DNA of 58,547 nucleotides. Source: a virus (lineage: Duplodnaviria; Caudoviricetes). Position 1 is the first letter of the stretch; each line of letters begins with the position of its first letter. The stretch lies in IMG/VR virus record IMGVR_UViG_3300037156_000120, positions 1 to 58,547 of that record; one strand, 5' to 3'. A program made the translations under genes and the position numbers. Positions 16,985 to 26,977 of the stretch are shown here, piece after piece. The notes below the pieces were generated by a model. That model was not told where the DNA came from. It was given only the letters and a program-made list of their open reading frames with translations, and ran no database searches.

Positions 16985-17100
16985 GGGCGTATATCGCTGG
17001 AACTGACCCTGGCTGAGGCTTTATGCCAGCGCAAGTTGGTTCTGGGGACTAGACCACGCCGATGCCGAAGCGGTGGGGCTCAAATTACAAGAGAGGCCGA

Positions 17101-18483
17101 TCAAGCGGCGCGCTTCATGTAATCGAGCAGCGCCTCTTGGACGCTTTTCTTGCCGACAAGACGATCATAGACGCCGAGATCCATCGTGTGGCGCGCGAGG
17201 ATCAAATGCACGAAGACCGGGCGATCGTAACCAGACTGCTTCTGGCGCATCGGGCCAATGCGCTCGATGATCTGCATGAAGTTTTCCAGATTCCAGTCGA
17301 CGCCAAAGAACACGAGGATATTGCCGCCATCCTGCAGATTCAGGCCGTGACCGGCTGACGCCGGGTGCGCAAAGAGAATCGGGATCTTGCCCGCGTTCCA
17401 ATCCGCTTCGGTGCTGGGCTTCGCGTCGAGCACGCGGCCATTGGGAAACGCTTTCTGAAGGCGCTCGAGATCCGCGACAAAATTATAGGCGACCAGAACC
17501 GGCGTGCCGTTCGCCTCTTCGATCACGCTCTTCAGCGCATCGATCTTGGCGTCGTGCAGCTCTTCCCACTGGCCTTTTGTTTCCGATATGTCGCTGTCGC
17601 CGGTATAGCAGAAGCCATTGGCGATCTGCAGTAGCTTGCTGGTCTTGACCGCAGCGTTGGCGGCGCCGACACCCTTTCCCTTGATCTCCGTGAATTTCTT
17701 CTTCTCCATTTCGCGGTAGATCTTGCGGACGCTATCGGGCAGATCCACGAAAACCTGATTGTAGATCGGCTCGTCGACGTCGAGACCTTTGACGGTGATG
17801 TAGACGTCGTGAACCTTCACGTGGATCTCGCTCTCGGCGTGCGCCATCGGCTCGAGGCTGTAGCCATCCTTACCGCGCTGAAACCAGCGGTTTTCGAAAG
17901 CCGTGAATGAATCGCCGAGACGCGCGCCTTTATCGATGAAATAGGTCTGGCCCCATAGATCCTTGAGCCCATTAGGCGACGGCGTGCCTGTCAGGCCGAT
18001 AAGACGGGTGATCTTGTCGAAGGCGACCTTCTTCAGCGCCTGCCCGCGCTTGGCGCCCTGTGTGACGCGCGTGCCTTTGAGCCGGGTGAATTCATCGGGA
18101 ATGACGGTATGAAACGGCCAGTCATCGCCCAGTTCTTCGACCAGCCACGGGACGTTCTCATAATTGATGGCCATGATCTGCGCGTCGACAGTCAGCGCCT
18201 TCTCGCGCTCTTTCGGTGTGCCGGTGATGATCGATGCGCGCAGATGGTTCAGATGCTTCCATTTCTCGAGCTCAGGCCCCCAGACTGTGCGCGCGACGCG
18301 CAGGGGCGCGATTACCAACGCCGGGAAGATGTCATCCTCGACCAGCGTCAGCTGGTCGAGCGCTGTCAGCGTGCAGACCGTCTTACCGCCGCCCATCGGC
18401 GCCCAGATCCCGCAACGCTTGTTGTCGCGAATGAACTGCATCGTCGGGTATTGATAGTCGTGCGGGACGAAGATCCTGCTCAC
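17101..18483 (-). CDS. SNF2-family (SF2) helicase
   Basis: MGGGKT Walker A, DE motif II, LTGTP, SAGHGLNLQ, QIIERI. Confidence 0.92.
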   Translation of the reverse strand: MSRIFVPHDYQYPTMQFIRDNKRCGIWAPMGGGKTVCTLTALDQLTLVEDDIFPALVIAPLRVARTVWGPELEKWKHLNHLRASIITGTPKEREKALTVDAQIMAINYENVPWLVEELGDDWPFHTVIPDEFTRLKGTRVTQGAKRGQALKKVAFDKITRLIGLTGTPSPNGLKDLWGQTYFIDKGARLGDSFTAFENRWFQRGKDGYSLEPMAHAESEIHVKVHDVYITVKGLDVDEPIYNQVFVDLPDSVRKIYREMEKKKFTEIKGKGVGAANAAVKTSKLLQIANGFCYTGDSDISETKGQWEELHDAKIDALKSVIEEANGTPVLVAYNFVADLERLQKAFPNGRVLDAKPSTEADWNAGKIPILFAHPASAGHGLNLQDGGNILVFFGVDWNLENFMQIIERIGPMRQKQSGYDRPVFVHLILARHTMDLGVYDRLVGKKSVQEALLDYMKRAA

Positions 18484-18788
18484 GATTTTATAACCACATG
18501 TGCTTTTATGAAATCATCGATCTTCTCGATCGTATCCAGAATGAACACGGTGATGCCACTCTCGCGCAACTTTTTGTGCTCTTCCAGCTGCTGCGGTTCA
18601 GCTTTTCCGCCGGGGCGCTTCAACTCTACGAAATAGATATAAGCTGGCTTGTAAGGCGCAGATGGCCACCAGACCATGCGATCGGGCGCGCCGTTACGTC
18701 CAATCCATTTAATTTTTCGGACAAAGCCGCCAGATACGCGCATTTGTTCTACGAGATAGTTTTCGATTTTTCCTTCAGGCGTTGTCAC
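18480..18788 (-). CDS. VRR-NUC domain nuclease
   Basis: E..IE, G.PDR, FVELK.PGGK, Q motifs. Confidence 0.9.
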   Translation of the reverse strand: MTTPEGKIENYLVEQMRVSGGFVRKIKWIGRNGAPDRMVWWPSAPYKPAYIYFVELKRPGGKAEPQQLEEHKKLRESGITVFILDTIEKIDDFIKAHVVIKS

Positions 18789-20776
18789 GATTGATCCTTA
18801 CGATATCTGTGTGTCTCGAAGCCAGCTGCTGCGAGCGGCAAACCTTGCATCCACGTCGTTTTTTCTATCATCATTTTGGAAAGAGCTTCGTCTGTGAATT
18901 CTTCAGTGTCGGGCGTCTCGGTGATCAGCTCGTCGTGTGCGTGGAGACAGACTTCATAGCCAGCTTGTTCCGCGGCTTTCATACCGCGAGCAAGAATATC
19001 ACGGGCGACTTTTTCAGTGACGTTCTGCAGCAACTTCGGGCCATAGGTGTCGAGCTGCGTCCATTGCCGGGTGTATTGATCAATGCCGTCATAGACCAGC
19101 TGGCCGTCTTCGCGCTCATCGACTGCAGGATATGAAAGATAGCTGCCGGAAGGCGTCTTGATGCGCAGCCATTTTACGCCGTTGTGAACGACGCAATCCA
19201 TCTCCAAAACACCAGCAACAAATCTGCCGCCGACATTTCGAACAGCCTGACGGCAAGCCCATTCGAGATCGTACCAGAAAGATTTGATCGCAGGATGCGC
19301 CTTGCGCCATTTCTGAACGATCTCGACGACTTCGCTCTCCGGAAGCGACACGCCGTACGCCGCGCCCATTTTCATAAACGCGCCGACCGCACCACCATAT
19401 TGCAAGCTCAACTCCATGACCTTGCCGACAGCGCGCATCAGACCGAGGCCGTGTTTCTTGTCGGCGATCACCATCTCGGGCGTTACGCCGAAAGCGCGAG
19501 CATAGGCGAGCACATAGATGTCGTGACCGATGCCTTTATCGTACTCGAAGAAAGCGCGAACCTTCCACGCCTCGCCAGCCAGCCACGCAACTACGCGGCC
19601 TTCGATATTGCTGAGATCCGCGATCACCAGCTTTTTGCCGAATTCAGAAATCAGCGTACCACGCACCGCCGAGGCGCAGAGATCCATGACAGTCGCGAAT
19701 TTTATTTCATCGCTGGTATCGAAGATCAGATCTTCGCAATCGGCTTTCATGGCCGCAATGCCCAGATCTATGAGATCTTGTTTTATGGTTGGGCGCGGAA
19801 GATTCTGCGGCTGAAACAGACGCCCGCTCCACCGAAGCGTCCGGCCCGCTCCGCAGAATTGCAGCGTGCCGCGCAGGCGCTTATCGCGCGTGGATGTGCC
19901 TTTCACCAAGACGGTATATTTCGCCGGGCTGGTGGCCGCCGCCTGCTGGCGAATCTCCAGCAGCTCGCGAACGGCTTCCGTCATCTCATCTTTCAGCGCC
20001 GTGGCTACGGTGCCCTTGGTCATGTCGACCATATTGAAATTGTGCTCTTCACCGAGATGTTCGAGGAGCTTCGCACGCTGCGTGGCCGAGCCGACTTTAC
20101 CATCAGTGAGTTTGTCCATGCGCGCCGCTAGAAGTATTTGCGACCGAGCGGCGGCGCGCAGGGCTGCATGCGCCAGATCCATGTCGACCTTGATGCCGCG
20201 ATCGTTGATCTTCTGGTCGAGGATCCAGAGCTCGCATTCTTTGGGTGTCAGATTCCAACGCGGCATAAGCCTGCGGCATTCGCGCATCGAGACGATATCG
20301 AAACCAGCGTACTCGACAAACTCGGCCCATTCCTTCGGATGGGTCTCTTTAGTCGCGCGGCGCAGCTTCATGTTCTTGGGGCGCGGCTTGCAGAAAAGAT
20401 TGATCAGCTTTTTGCCGGTCTTCTTTTTCGCCATGTCCTCGGCGACGCCCAGCACTTGGCAGAGCTGATCCAATCCGCCAGGCAAGGCGTGCGCGTAGGC
20501 CGTGACCATCGTGTCTTCGATCTTCTCGACCGGGATCCTGACGCCGCAAGCGGCGAACATCGTACGGTCAAAAAAGCTGTTGTGAATGATGATCGTGTCG
20601 GCGTCGTCGATCATCGCCTGGATCTGCGCTGGCACAAAATCCTCAAGCACGTCGACAGGATTATCGTCCCACGCATATGCGGTGAGGATGATCTCGACGC
20701 GCTCAGAATAGGCGTACGTCCCGTTCTTCAACGGGATGTCGCTCCACGTTTCCGCATCAATGTGTAAAACAGCCAC
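18785..20776 (-). CDS. polA: DNA polymerase family A with 3'-5' exonuclease
   Basis: DAET (ExoI), HN..FD, QPQNLPR, DLSNIEGR (motif A), K...LSLQYG (B), HDE (C). Confidence 0.95.
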   Translation of the reverse strand: MAVLHIDAETWSDIPLKNGTYAYSERVEIILTAYAWDDNPVDVLEDFVPAQIQAMIDDADTIIIHNSFFDRTMFAACGVRIPVEKIEDTMVTAYAHALPGGLDQLCQVLGVAEDMAKKKTGKKLINLFCKPRPKNMKLRRATKETHPKEWAEFVEYAGFDIVSMRECRRLMPRWNLTPKECELWILDQKINDRGIKVDMDLAHAALRAAARSQILLAARMDKLTDGKVGSATQRAKLLEHLGEEHNFNMVDMTKGTVATALKDEMTEAVRELLEIRQQAAATSPAKYTVLVKGTSTRDKRLRGTLQFCGAGRTLRWSGRLFQPQNLPRPTIKQDLIDLGIAAMKADCEDLIFDTSDEIKFATVMDLCASAVRGTLISEFGKKLVIADLSNIEGRVVAWLAGEAWKVRAFFEYDKGIGHDIYVLAYARAFGVTPEMVIADKKHGLGLMRAVGKVMELSLQYGGAVGAFMKMGAAYGVSLPESEVVEIVQKWRKAHPAIKSFWYDLEWACRQAVRNVGGRFVAGVLEMDCVVHNGVKWLRIKTPSGSYLSYPAVDEREDGQLVYDGIDQYTRQWTQLDTYGPKLLQNVTEKVARDILARGMKAAEQAGYEVCLHAHDELITETPDTEEFTDEALSKMMIEKTTWMQGLPLAAAGFETHRYRKDQS

Positions 20777-20801
20777 TTCGCATTTTCCTTGTCAGCAATT
20801 A

Positions 20802-20835
20802 GAAAAGCGGCGCCCAGCCGTTAAACCGGGCGCCG
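20802..20835 (-). terminator. Putative terminator between gapR and polA
   Basis: CGGCGCCC stem pair with CTTTTCT following on the - strand. Confidence 0.5.
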
Positions 20836-20839
20836 GTAC

Positions 20840-21097
20840 TCAGACCAGATCGTTGAAATCAAGACCGACAGCCGATCGATAAAGATCGAGGATCGCATCC
20901 TGTTCCTGCAGATCCGCCTTGTCCAGCTTACGCAAGCGGACAATCATCCGCATAATCCGAGTATTGAAACCGGTGCCTTTGGCCTCGGAGTAAATTTCCC
21001 GAATGTCTGCAGATATGGTGTCCTTCTCTTCCGTCAGGCGCTCGACGCGCTCGATAAAAGATTTCAAAACATCCTTGGCGAATCCGCTTTTCGCCAT
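20840..21097 (-). CDS. gapR: GapR-like (DUF2312) nucleoid-associated protein
   Basis: LKSFIERVERLTEEK...DIREIYSEAKGTGF...IVRLRK...EQDAILDLY. Confidence 0.92.
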   Translation of the reverse strand: MAKSGFAKDVLKSFIERVERLTEEKDTISADIREIYSEAKGTGFNTRIMRMIVRLRKLDKADLQEQDAILDLYRSAVGLDFNDLV

Positions 21098-21663
21098 CAG
21101 GTCAGACTTTCGTCTTCGTCGGCGGCAAGATCCTTGAAGTCCTCGCCCGTCGCCGGGGTCGAACCACCGAAGGCTTCGCCGTCTTTAGCAAACATCACAC
21201 CGGCGATGTTGGCGTTGATGCGGCGACCCCACTTGTTGTCCTGCGCCCAGATATCAATCTTGGCGTGGACGAAACACCCCGAGTAGATCAACGACTTGAT
21301 GTCACGGGGGTCCGTGACTTCGCGGTTGAACTTGTCGAACACGGTGGGACGGTTCTTGCTGCGCGTCGACAGCGAGAACATGCCTTCAAAACCGGCATAG
21401 GCTTCGCCGGTCTTCTTGTTGCGATAGGACGCCTTCACGAAGCACAATTTCTTGTCTTCCTTCAGAAGCTCCAGCACGCTGGTCGCCTTGTCTTTCCACT
21501 GCTCTTTGGCAACCGCCGCCATGGCGTCCTCGATCAGTTGAACCTCGGGCGACTTCGGGACGATGATGAACTTCGCCTGATACGCAGGCTCACCTTCGCC
21601 GAACGCTTCCGGCTTGTCCAAGGCCGGGAAAGAGATACGGACATTCTTCAGTCGCAGTTCCAT
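21097..21663 (-). CDS. ssDNA-binding protein (DUF2815 type)
   Basis: NVRISFP, IYSGC, VMFAKDGEAFG and an acidic tail; lies between the nuclease and polA. Confidence 0.85.
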   Translation of the reverse strand: MELRLKNVRISFPALDKPEAFGEGEPAYQAKFIIVPKSPEVQLIEDAMAAVAKEQWKDKATSVLELLKEDKKLCFVKASYRNKKTGEAYAGFEGMFSLSTRSKNRPTVFDKFNREVTDPRDIKSLIYSGCFVHAKIDIWAQDNKWGRRINANIAGVMFAKDGEAFGGSTPATGEDFKDLAADEDESLT

Positions 21664-21666
21664 TTT

Positions 21667-22881
21667 TCAGTCTTCCTTTTCGCTGCTTGCAATTAAATCC
21701 CGGAAGGTTTCTTCCGAGACAGTCGAAACGTCCAACGCCGGACGCTTATCCGTGACGAGAGCCACGGATGGTTTGCCGTCGCTGCGGGTAATCAGATTCT
21801 GCATCTTCGCCCACAGCTTCGACTTTGTCTTCTTGAGAAGCTTTTCAGCCGTGGTCGGGCTAATCAGCTTCATGTCGTACATTTCACTCTGCTTCAACTT
21901 AGCGCTCTTCATCGCGTCCGTCGCAGCAACCTCATCGGCCCAGGCACGGTTGCCCTTACGCCCCTCGACGATCTTATAGCCCGGCACGTCTCGCCGGTCG
22001 AAGAGACGACGCTCGGTCTCCGCACGAATCGCCTTGCACCAATGCTCGACCAGCGGGACTTTATCCATCGCGTTGGCCAGAGCATTCTCGTTCACTTCCG
22101 CGAGATCCGCGAAATCGTCTTTGGTGGCCAGATGACCGACGATTCCATGGACCTCTTCTTTCAAAGCCGGGCACGTCGCCTTGGCCTTGCAGAATCGGCA
22201 TTGCTTCTCGCCCGGAACAAGGTCAGCAGTTTCATCCGCGCCGAGAGCAAGACTCGCGGCGAGCTTCGCCGTCTCTATGAACAGCTCCAGCTTTTCAGGC
22301 GCGATGCAGCAATCGCTAATATGATCAATGCGCGGCTGGAAGATGATCATCACGTAGTCGTTAGCGTCGACCATCATGCCGTAGTCATTAACCGCGCCGA
22401 CAAGATAGAGCAGCGCTTGCTCGTTGTCCTCGGCATCGACCTTGACGCCCATCCCGTATTTCAGATCGATGACAGTAACGCGATCTGGAAATAGAATGAT
22501 GACGTCTGCCGTGCCGGTGCTGCCCGGCACGCCAATCGCTTCAGAGAAATCGACGCGCTTCTCGACGAGAATCTGGCCGGTCTCGCCAGCAGTCTGATAA
22601 ACGAATTCGATATAATTCTCGACATGCTCGACCATGTCTTTGGTGACGCAAAACTCGAATTCATCGGCGGACATCATGCGACCGAGATAATCTTCGGGCA
22701 CATCTTTTTTGCCGTCCAGCCGGGCTTGAATGCATTCAGAACCGATTTGATGCGCGATGGTGCCTTCCGCCGCGTACTTCGAGGGTTGATCCTTGATCTT
22801 GCTTTCCAGGGCAAGGCTCCCCGGGCAACGCATCCAGCGATGCGCACCCGAGGGGGAGAGCATTGAATGTTCTCCTGCCAT
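21667..22881 (-). CDS. Cas4-like PD-(D/E)xK exonuclease (DUF2800 type)
   Basis: HS.LSPS..HRW..CPGS, GTAD, IDLKYG.G, QPR, CRFCK.K..CP. Confidence 0.88.
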   Translation of the reverse strand: MAGEHSMLSPSGAHRWMRCPGSLALESKIKDQPSKYAAEGTIAHQIGSECIQARLDGKKDVPEDYLGRMMSADEFEFCVTKDMVEHVENYIEFVYQTAGETGQILVEKRVDFSEAIGVPGSTGTADVIILFPDRVTVIDLKYGMGVKVDAEDNEQALLYLVGAVNDYGMMVDANDYVMIIFQPRIDHISDCCIAPEKLELFIETAKLAASLALGADETADLVPGEKQCRFCKAKATCPALKEEVHGIVGHLATKDDFADLAEVNENALANAMDKVPLVEHWCKAIRAETERRLFDRRDVPGYKIVEGRKGNRAWADEVAATDAMKSAKLKQSEMYDMKLISPTTAEKLLKKTKSKLWAKMQNLITRSDGKPSVALVTDKRPALDVSTVSEETFRDLIASSEKED

Positions 22882-22885
22882 GGTC

Positions 22886-23236
22886 CTAGACGTCCAGCGC
22901 GGTGTCGACAGCCGCGATGAAAGCCGGATACTGGTCGGCCTTCAGCTGCGGCGCCTTCTCGACGCCAAACTTCGCCAGAACTTCCAGCGCAGCCGGGCGG
23001 CCCTTAGCTTCAGCCAGCTTCAGGACACGCCGCGCGATGTCCTTGGCATAGCTGATTTCGGCGACGTCGGTCTTGGAGGCGGTCTTCTCTTCCTTCGGCG
23101 CGGTTTCCTTGGGCGCTTTGTTTGCTTCTTTGGGCGCTTCGGCTCTGGAGACGGTGGTAGCGACTTGCTCACCCGCGAAATGCGCGACGATTGCGTCAAA
23201 CTCCGCGAGGGTATCTGCTTCAATATTGATTCTCAT
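22886..23236 (-). CDS. Conserved replication-module protein
   Basis: Ala/Lys/Pro linker and a C-terminal LAKFGVEK..QL..DQY domain, typical upstream of DUF2800 genes. Confidence 0.7.
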   Translation of the reverse strand: MRINIEADTLAEFDAIVAHFAGEQVATTVSRAEAPKEANKAPKETAPKEEKTASKTDVAEISYAKDIARRVLKLAEAKGRPAALEVLAKFGVEKAPQLKADQYPAFIAAVDTALDV

Positions 23237-23350
23237 TTTGTATGGTCCTTTGGTTGGTGGTTGTAGACTCAATTCGCTTGCTAGAATTTTCGCATATGAG
23301 CAGTTAGCAAGTCGTCCTGCTTATCTGATTCAATTATAGAATTGCAATAG

Positions 23351-23566
23351 CTATCTCCGCGTCTGATTAGCAATTTGTTGTATTTCGAGATCCCATAGAG
23401 CTTTGTGACCACGAGTCATGACGTAGACGCGATACTCGCTCGCCACAACAATCATGTCTTGGAATTGAATCAACCCAACTATTTTCTGGCCGTCTTCCGG
23501 ACCCCAAAAATCTTGAAGTGTTGGGCGATAGCGCCAGCGATTCCAGATGCGCATAAACCAGTTCAT
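23351..23566 (-). CDS. Hypothetical protein
   Basis: GGAG RBS; follows the primase gene. Confidence 0.6.
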   Translation of the reverse strand: MNWFMRIWNRWRYRPTLQDFWGPEDGQKIVGLIQFQDMIVVASEYRVYVMTRGHKALWDLEIQQIANQTRR

Positions 23567-23575
23567 CTCGGTCTC

Positions 23576-25633
23576 CTATTTGTGAAAAAACACATATCCA
23601 TGTTTCAGTTCGAGCAGAGCTTCCTTGCCTTTGCAGAGAGCCATCACGGATCTGCGGACATTACCCTTGCGATTGTCGCGCTCGTCTTCTCCTGGAACTG
23701 GCATCGCCTCGGCGCAGACATTAATGAACTCTTCCGTCGGCATGCTTTCAATACTCTTGTCAATCGTATCGACCATGTCGAGGACAAAAGATTCCATCTT
23801 CGTGTAACTTCTCACGCCGCTACGCGGCTTGTCGTCGGCTGGCGGCATCGGCACCTCGGCATCGACCGCAACGCATGACGTGATGTCGTCGCCGTCGGCA
23901 TCCCTGCCGACCGTAATGATCTCCAGCTTGAAGCCCCACTGCAGGCCGTCGTCACCGTCTTTCATCTTACTGATGCGAATCTCGCGCCCGCCATTTTCAT
24001 ATTTGATGATCTCGATCTCGGCATCGGCTGCGGCCTTGATACCAGACCAGCCGCGCGCGCCGCGCGCTGCATCTTTACCCGCGTGGTGGATCAGCAGCAC
24101 AGGCGCACCGGTCGCCTCGCGCAGCGCCTTTGCGTTGCCCATCGCGAGACCCATGTCTTCGCCAGCATTCTCGTTGGCGCCGGGCGTCACTTGCGCGAAG
24201 GTATCGGCGATGATCAAATCGACGCCGCCACCGGCACGGATTGTTGAGACTACCTCGAAAATCTCTTCCTTTTGGAGAAAGTTAGGCGCGGCGACGATGA
24301 CACCGATGTCCATCCCGGCCAGGTCTAGGCCGTGGTGCTGGGCGTAAGCCTTGAGCCGCTTGCCCACCCCGCCGCCGCCTTCCGCCGCGATGATCAGCAC
24401 ACGACCTTTTTTCGATTTGTGACCGCGCCAGTCTTCGCCCCGGGCTATCGCCGCGGCCAGATCCAGCGCCACAAAACTCTTGCCGGACCCGCTGGCGCCG
24501 AATAGCACGATCACGTCGGCCCGGGGGATCACCCCCTTGATCAGCCAGTCCCCGGGCGGGCGCCGGGACAGGGCGTTGGCGGACACCATGGGGTACTTGC
24601 CCGCGAAGCCTTCCGGCGTAGCCACGGCGCCCTTGGGATCGCCTGCCGGGGTCTCGGCCACCGCCGCCTCTACCTCCTCCACCGTGGCCGCCTGCTGGGG
24701 CTGGGCGGCCTGGTTGGCCAGCTTTACCATCCTGATCACCGACGCCATGGTGACCGGCCTGCGACCCGCTGGGCGGGGTCTGGAAAAGCTTTCCCACTGA
24801 GCCCTCAGAGCCTCGCTAGAGGGGTATTTGCCACCATTCGCCGACCATTCATCCCAGAGAGCCAGGCCGGTGTCGTCACCCTCGCACTCGAAATGTAACG
24901 CCATGCCGACGCGGATCCAGTCGTCCCGGCCCATGTCAGGGTCCAACTGGGCAAGCAGCTCGGTCATGCGGTCTATGGACAAGCCCAGCGGCTTCTCCAG
25001 CCCAGCGAAGGGATCATCACCCGCGGCGCCCGGCGCCTGCCGATCTTCGCCGAAGCGACGGCTGCAGAGATCCTTGAATTCAGGGGTAACATTTTCGATT
25101 GTGTCTTCGAGGCCCAACAGTTCGACATGGGGGAGCAAATTTCCTGTCAGCGTCACGAACCCGCTGGTAGAAAAAACTTCAAAGCCATACTGCCCCGGTG
25201 CTGTTTTACTCTTGTGATTTCCTATGTTGCCGTAAAATAAAGCGCGAACACCTTTTCCGCTCGGACTAAATTCTGAGTATGTGTTGCGCACAAGATTTTG
25301 AATCTCAGCATCTATACCAGCTTCACCAACGCAATTGTCTGCGTCCACGGCGACGATATTTTCACCTTCCAGCAATGCCAGTCCGATACCGTCGAAGCCG
25401 TATTCCGCAACGGCGCTGCGCGCGATTTGGAAAGTTGTCAGCTGCGCACGATCTTCTGCGCTTCCTTGATGCCCGCGTCGTTTTCCGCCGTGGGGATAAT
25501 ATGGGATTTTTCTAGGTTTGTTTTCGCCCGGATATGTTTCAAGCCGATACGCAACCCAGATCTTTCGGTCCCGTATGTCTGCCGGGGCCAAAATCTGAGA
25601 TGCGCGCGTTTGAGCAGCGGGTGCGGTCGACAC
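23576..25633 (-). CDS. Primase-polymerase + PriCT-2 + RepA/AAA_25 helicase
   Basis: DxD and SPSGKG in the N-terminal primase domain, WIRVGMAL..WDEWS..G.KY (PriCT-2), GASGSGKS, HHAGK, RGWS. Confidence 0.9.
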   Translation of the reverse strand: MSTAPAAQTRASQILAPADIRDRKIWVAYRLETYPGENKPRKIPYYPHGGKRRGHQGSAEDRAQLTTFQIARSAVAEYGFDGIGLALLEGENIVAVDADNCVGEAGIDAEIQNLVRNTYSEFSPSGKGVRALFYGNIGNHKSKTAPGQYGFEVFSTSGFVTLTGNLLPHVELLGLEDTIENVTPEFKDLCSRRFGEDRQAPGAAGDDPFAGLEKPLGLSIDRMTELLAQLDPDMGRDDWIRVGMALHFECEGDDTGLALWDEWSANGGKYPSSEALRAQWESFSRPRPAGRRPVTMASVIRMVKLANQAAQPQQAATVEEVEAAVAETPAGDPKGAVATPEGFAGKYPMVSANALSRRPPGDWLIKGVIPRADVIVLFGASGSGKSFVALDLAAAIARGEDWRGHKSKKGRVLIIAAEGGGGVGKRLKAYAQHHGLDLAGMDIGVIVAAPNFLQKEEIFEVVSTIRAGGGVDLIIADTFAQVTPGANENAGEDMGLAMGNAKALREATGAPVLLIHHAGKDAARGARGWSGIKAAADAEIEIIKYENGGREIRISKMKDGDDGLQWGFKLEIITVGRDADGDDITSCVAVDAEVPMPPADDKPRSGVRSYTKMESFVLDMVDTIDKSIESMPTEEFINVCAEAMPVPGEDERDNRKGNVRRSVMALCKGKEALLELKHGYVFFHK

Positions 25634-25644
25634 AGAAAAACTTT

Positions 25645-26436
25645 CTACGCGCTAAGTTCTTGGCGCTTGTTGACGTTGTATCGGTCGCGGAGAGAAACAG
25701 AATTTTCGTCGCCGTTAACGAAAACGGGTTCTACAAATATTTTCTTCGAGAACTGATTTTTTGGCCCGAAGTGTTGGAGACGAACATGACCGCGGCGAAG
25801 ATGCGGTCGAACGATAACAACACCTGTTGATGCGCCGCTTTCGTCTGTCGTTGTTAGAACAGGAAGCGAAAGCGTTGTTGTGTACGCATAATTTTTCTTA
25901 GCGCGCGGTTTGCCGATACCAAGTTTTTCTAGCTTCGATGGTTTCTCTTCCACCCTGTTTTTACGAACGACTTTTGTCGCTAGACCTACGATCAGAGCGC
26001 GAATCATATTTGCAGCGAAAGCCGATAAATTGCTCACGAGCTCGTTTGTACTTAGAACGTGTTCCCCGATAAGAACTTCAGGACCATAGGATTTTAGATG
26101 ATCAGTGAGATTCTCTGCGTGAGCGCCGTCTCGGCGTATCGTCTCCAAGAACGCAGAACCAAACTTTGTGCTGCCGTCAGAATTACGAATACACAATTCC
26201 CAAGTCGCGGTGCTGGAAATGCTTGAAAGATCGATAGTCCACATTTCTTTGTTTTTTGTAGACCGTACAAACTGACAATAAAGTGCGCTCTTTTCTTTGA
26301 AGGTTATACAGAAAGAAGAAAAGGGTGTGTGGTCGATGCCCAGTTCAGACATCGCCTCAATCGTTGCACAAACTTCGTCTGGATCGAAAGCGCGAAGTAT
26401 ATCGTCACTGAGAAAAAAGTTTTCCAGCTTCTCCAT
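25645..26436 (-). CDS. Hypothetical protein with a C-terminal HLRRGH motif
   Basis: RPHLRRGHVRLQHFGP...FVEPVFV; visibly more AT-rich than its neighbours. Confidence 0.7.
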   Translation of the reverse strand: MEKLENFFLSDDILRAFDPDEVCATIEAMSELGIDHTPFSSFCITFKEKSALYCQFVRSTKNKEMWTIDLSSISSTATWELCIRNSDGSTKFGSAFLETIRRDGAHAENLTDHLKSYGPEVLIGEHVLSTNELVSNLSAFAANMIRALIVGLATKVVRKNRVEEKPSKLEKLGIGKPRAKKNYAYTTTLSLPVLTTTDESGASTGVVIVRPHLRRGHVRLQHFGPKNQFSKKIFVEPVFVNGDENSVSLRDRYNVNKRQELSA

Positions 26437-26459
26437 GATACGCGGCCCCTTATTGGAAA

Positions 26460-26672
26460 TTAGATATTTAGCAGTTTGGCAAGTTGCGGATTGATCAGTT
26501 TGCTTCGCGGAACCTTGGTCTTGTTCTCGATCTGGACGGCGCGCTTCGGAGGCACCCAGCCCCGTTCGATCCACAGATAGACGATTTGATGCGAGACTTT
26601 GAGAAAGGCGGCAAGGGCGGTGACACCCCCGGCACGCTCCACGGCGGTGTCGAGATTCATAGGCGCGGTCAT
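26460..26672 (-). CDS. Cro/YdaS-like HTH regulator
   Basis: AGGVTALAAFLKVSHQIVYLW...VPPKRAVQIE. Confidence 0.85.
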   Translation of the reverse strand: MTAPMNLDTAVERAGGVTALAAFLKVSHQIVYLWIERGWVPPKRAVQIENKTKVPRSKLINPQLAKLLNI

Positions 26673-26710
26673 GTGATTCGGTCTCCAGCGGGCGGCGAAG
26701 ATAGGTTCAA

Positions 26711-26977
26711 TCAGCCGGTTGATGCAAGGCTTTTTTCAACCAACGTCGCGTAACCAGCAATATCATGCCAGTGATCGACGAAACTCGGATCGCCGGACAA
26801 GATACGCGACACTTTAACAGCCACCATATCCAGCGACTCTCGCATTTCCGATGACAACCGATGCCAGCCATCAGTATTATGCATGGTCGACTTCAAATTA
26901 GCAGCCACAAATGCCTGCACAGCGTAATCGCCGTGGGTAGCGTCACGCGCCACAAGCGTTTCCTTGATATCACCCAT
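26711..26977 (-). CDS. DUF6378-like protein
   Basis: L..R...HGDY...K..RIL.GD....DHW.DIAGYA.L. Confidence 0.8.
   Translation of the reverse strand: MGDIKETLVARDATHGDYAVQAFVAANLKSTMHNTDGWHRLSSEMRESLDMVAVKVSRILSGDPSFVDHWHDIAGYATLVEKSLASTG

Noticed and set aside
21667-22881. Cas4 as part of a CRISPR system
   Set aside because: It is a DUF2800-type nuclease in the standard phage SSB/PolA module, with no cas1/cas2 or array
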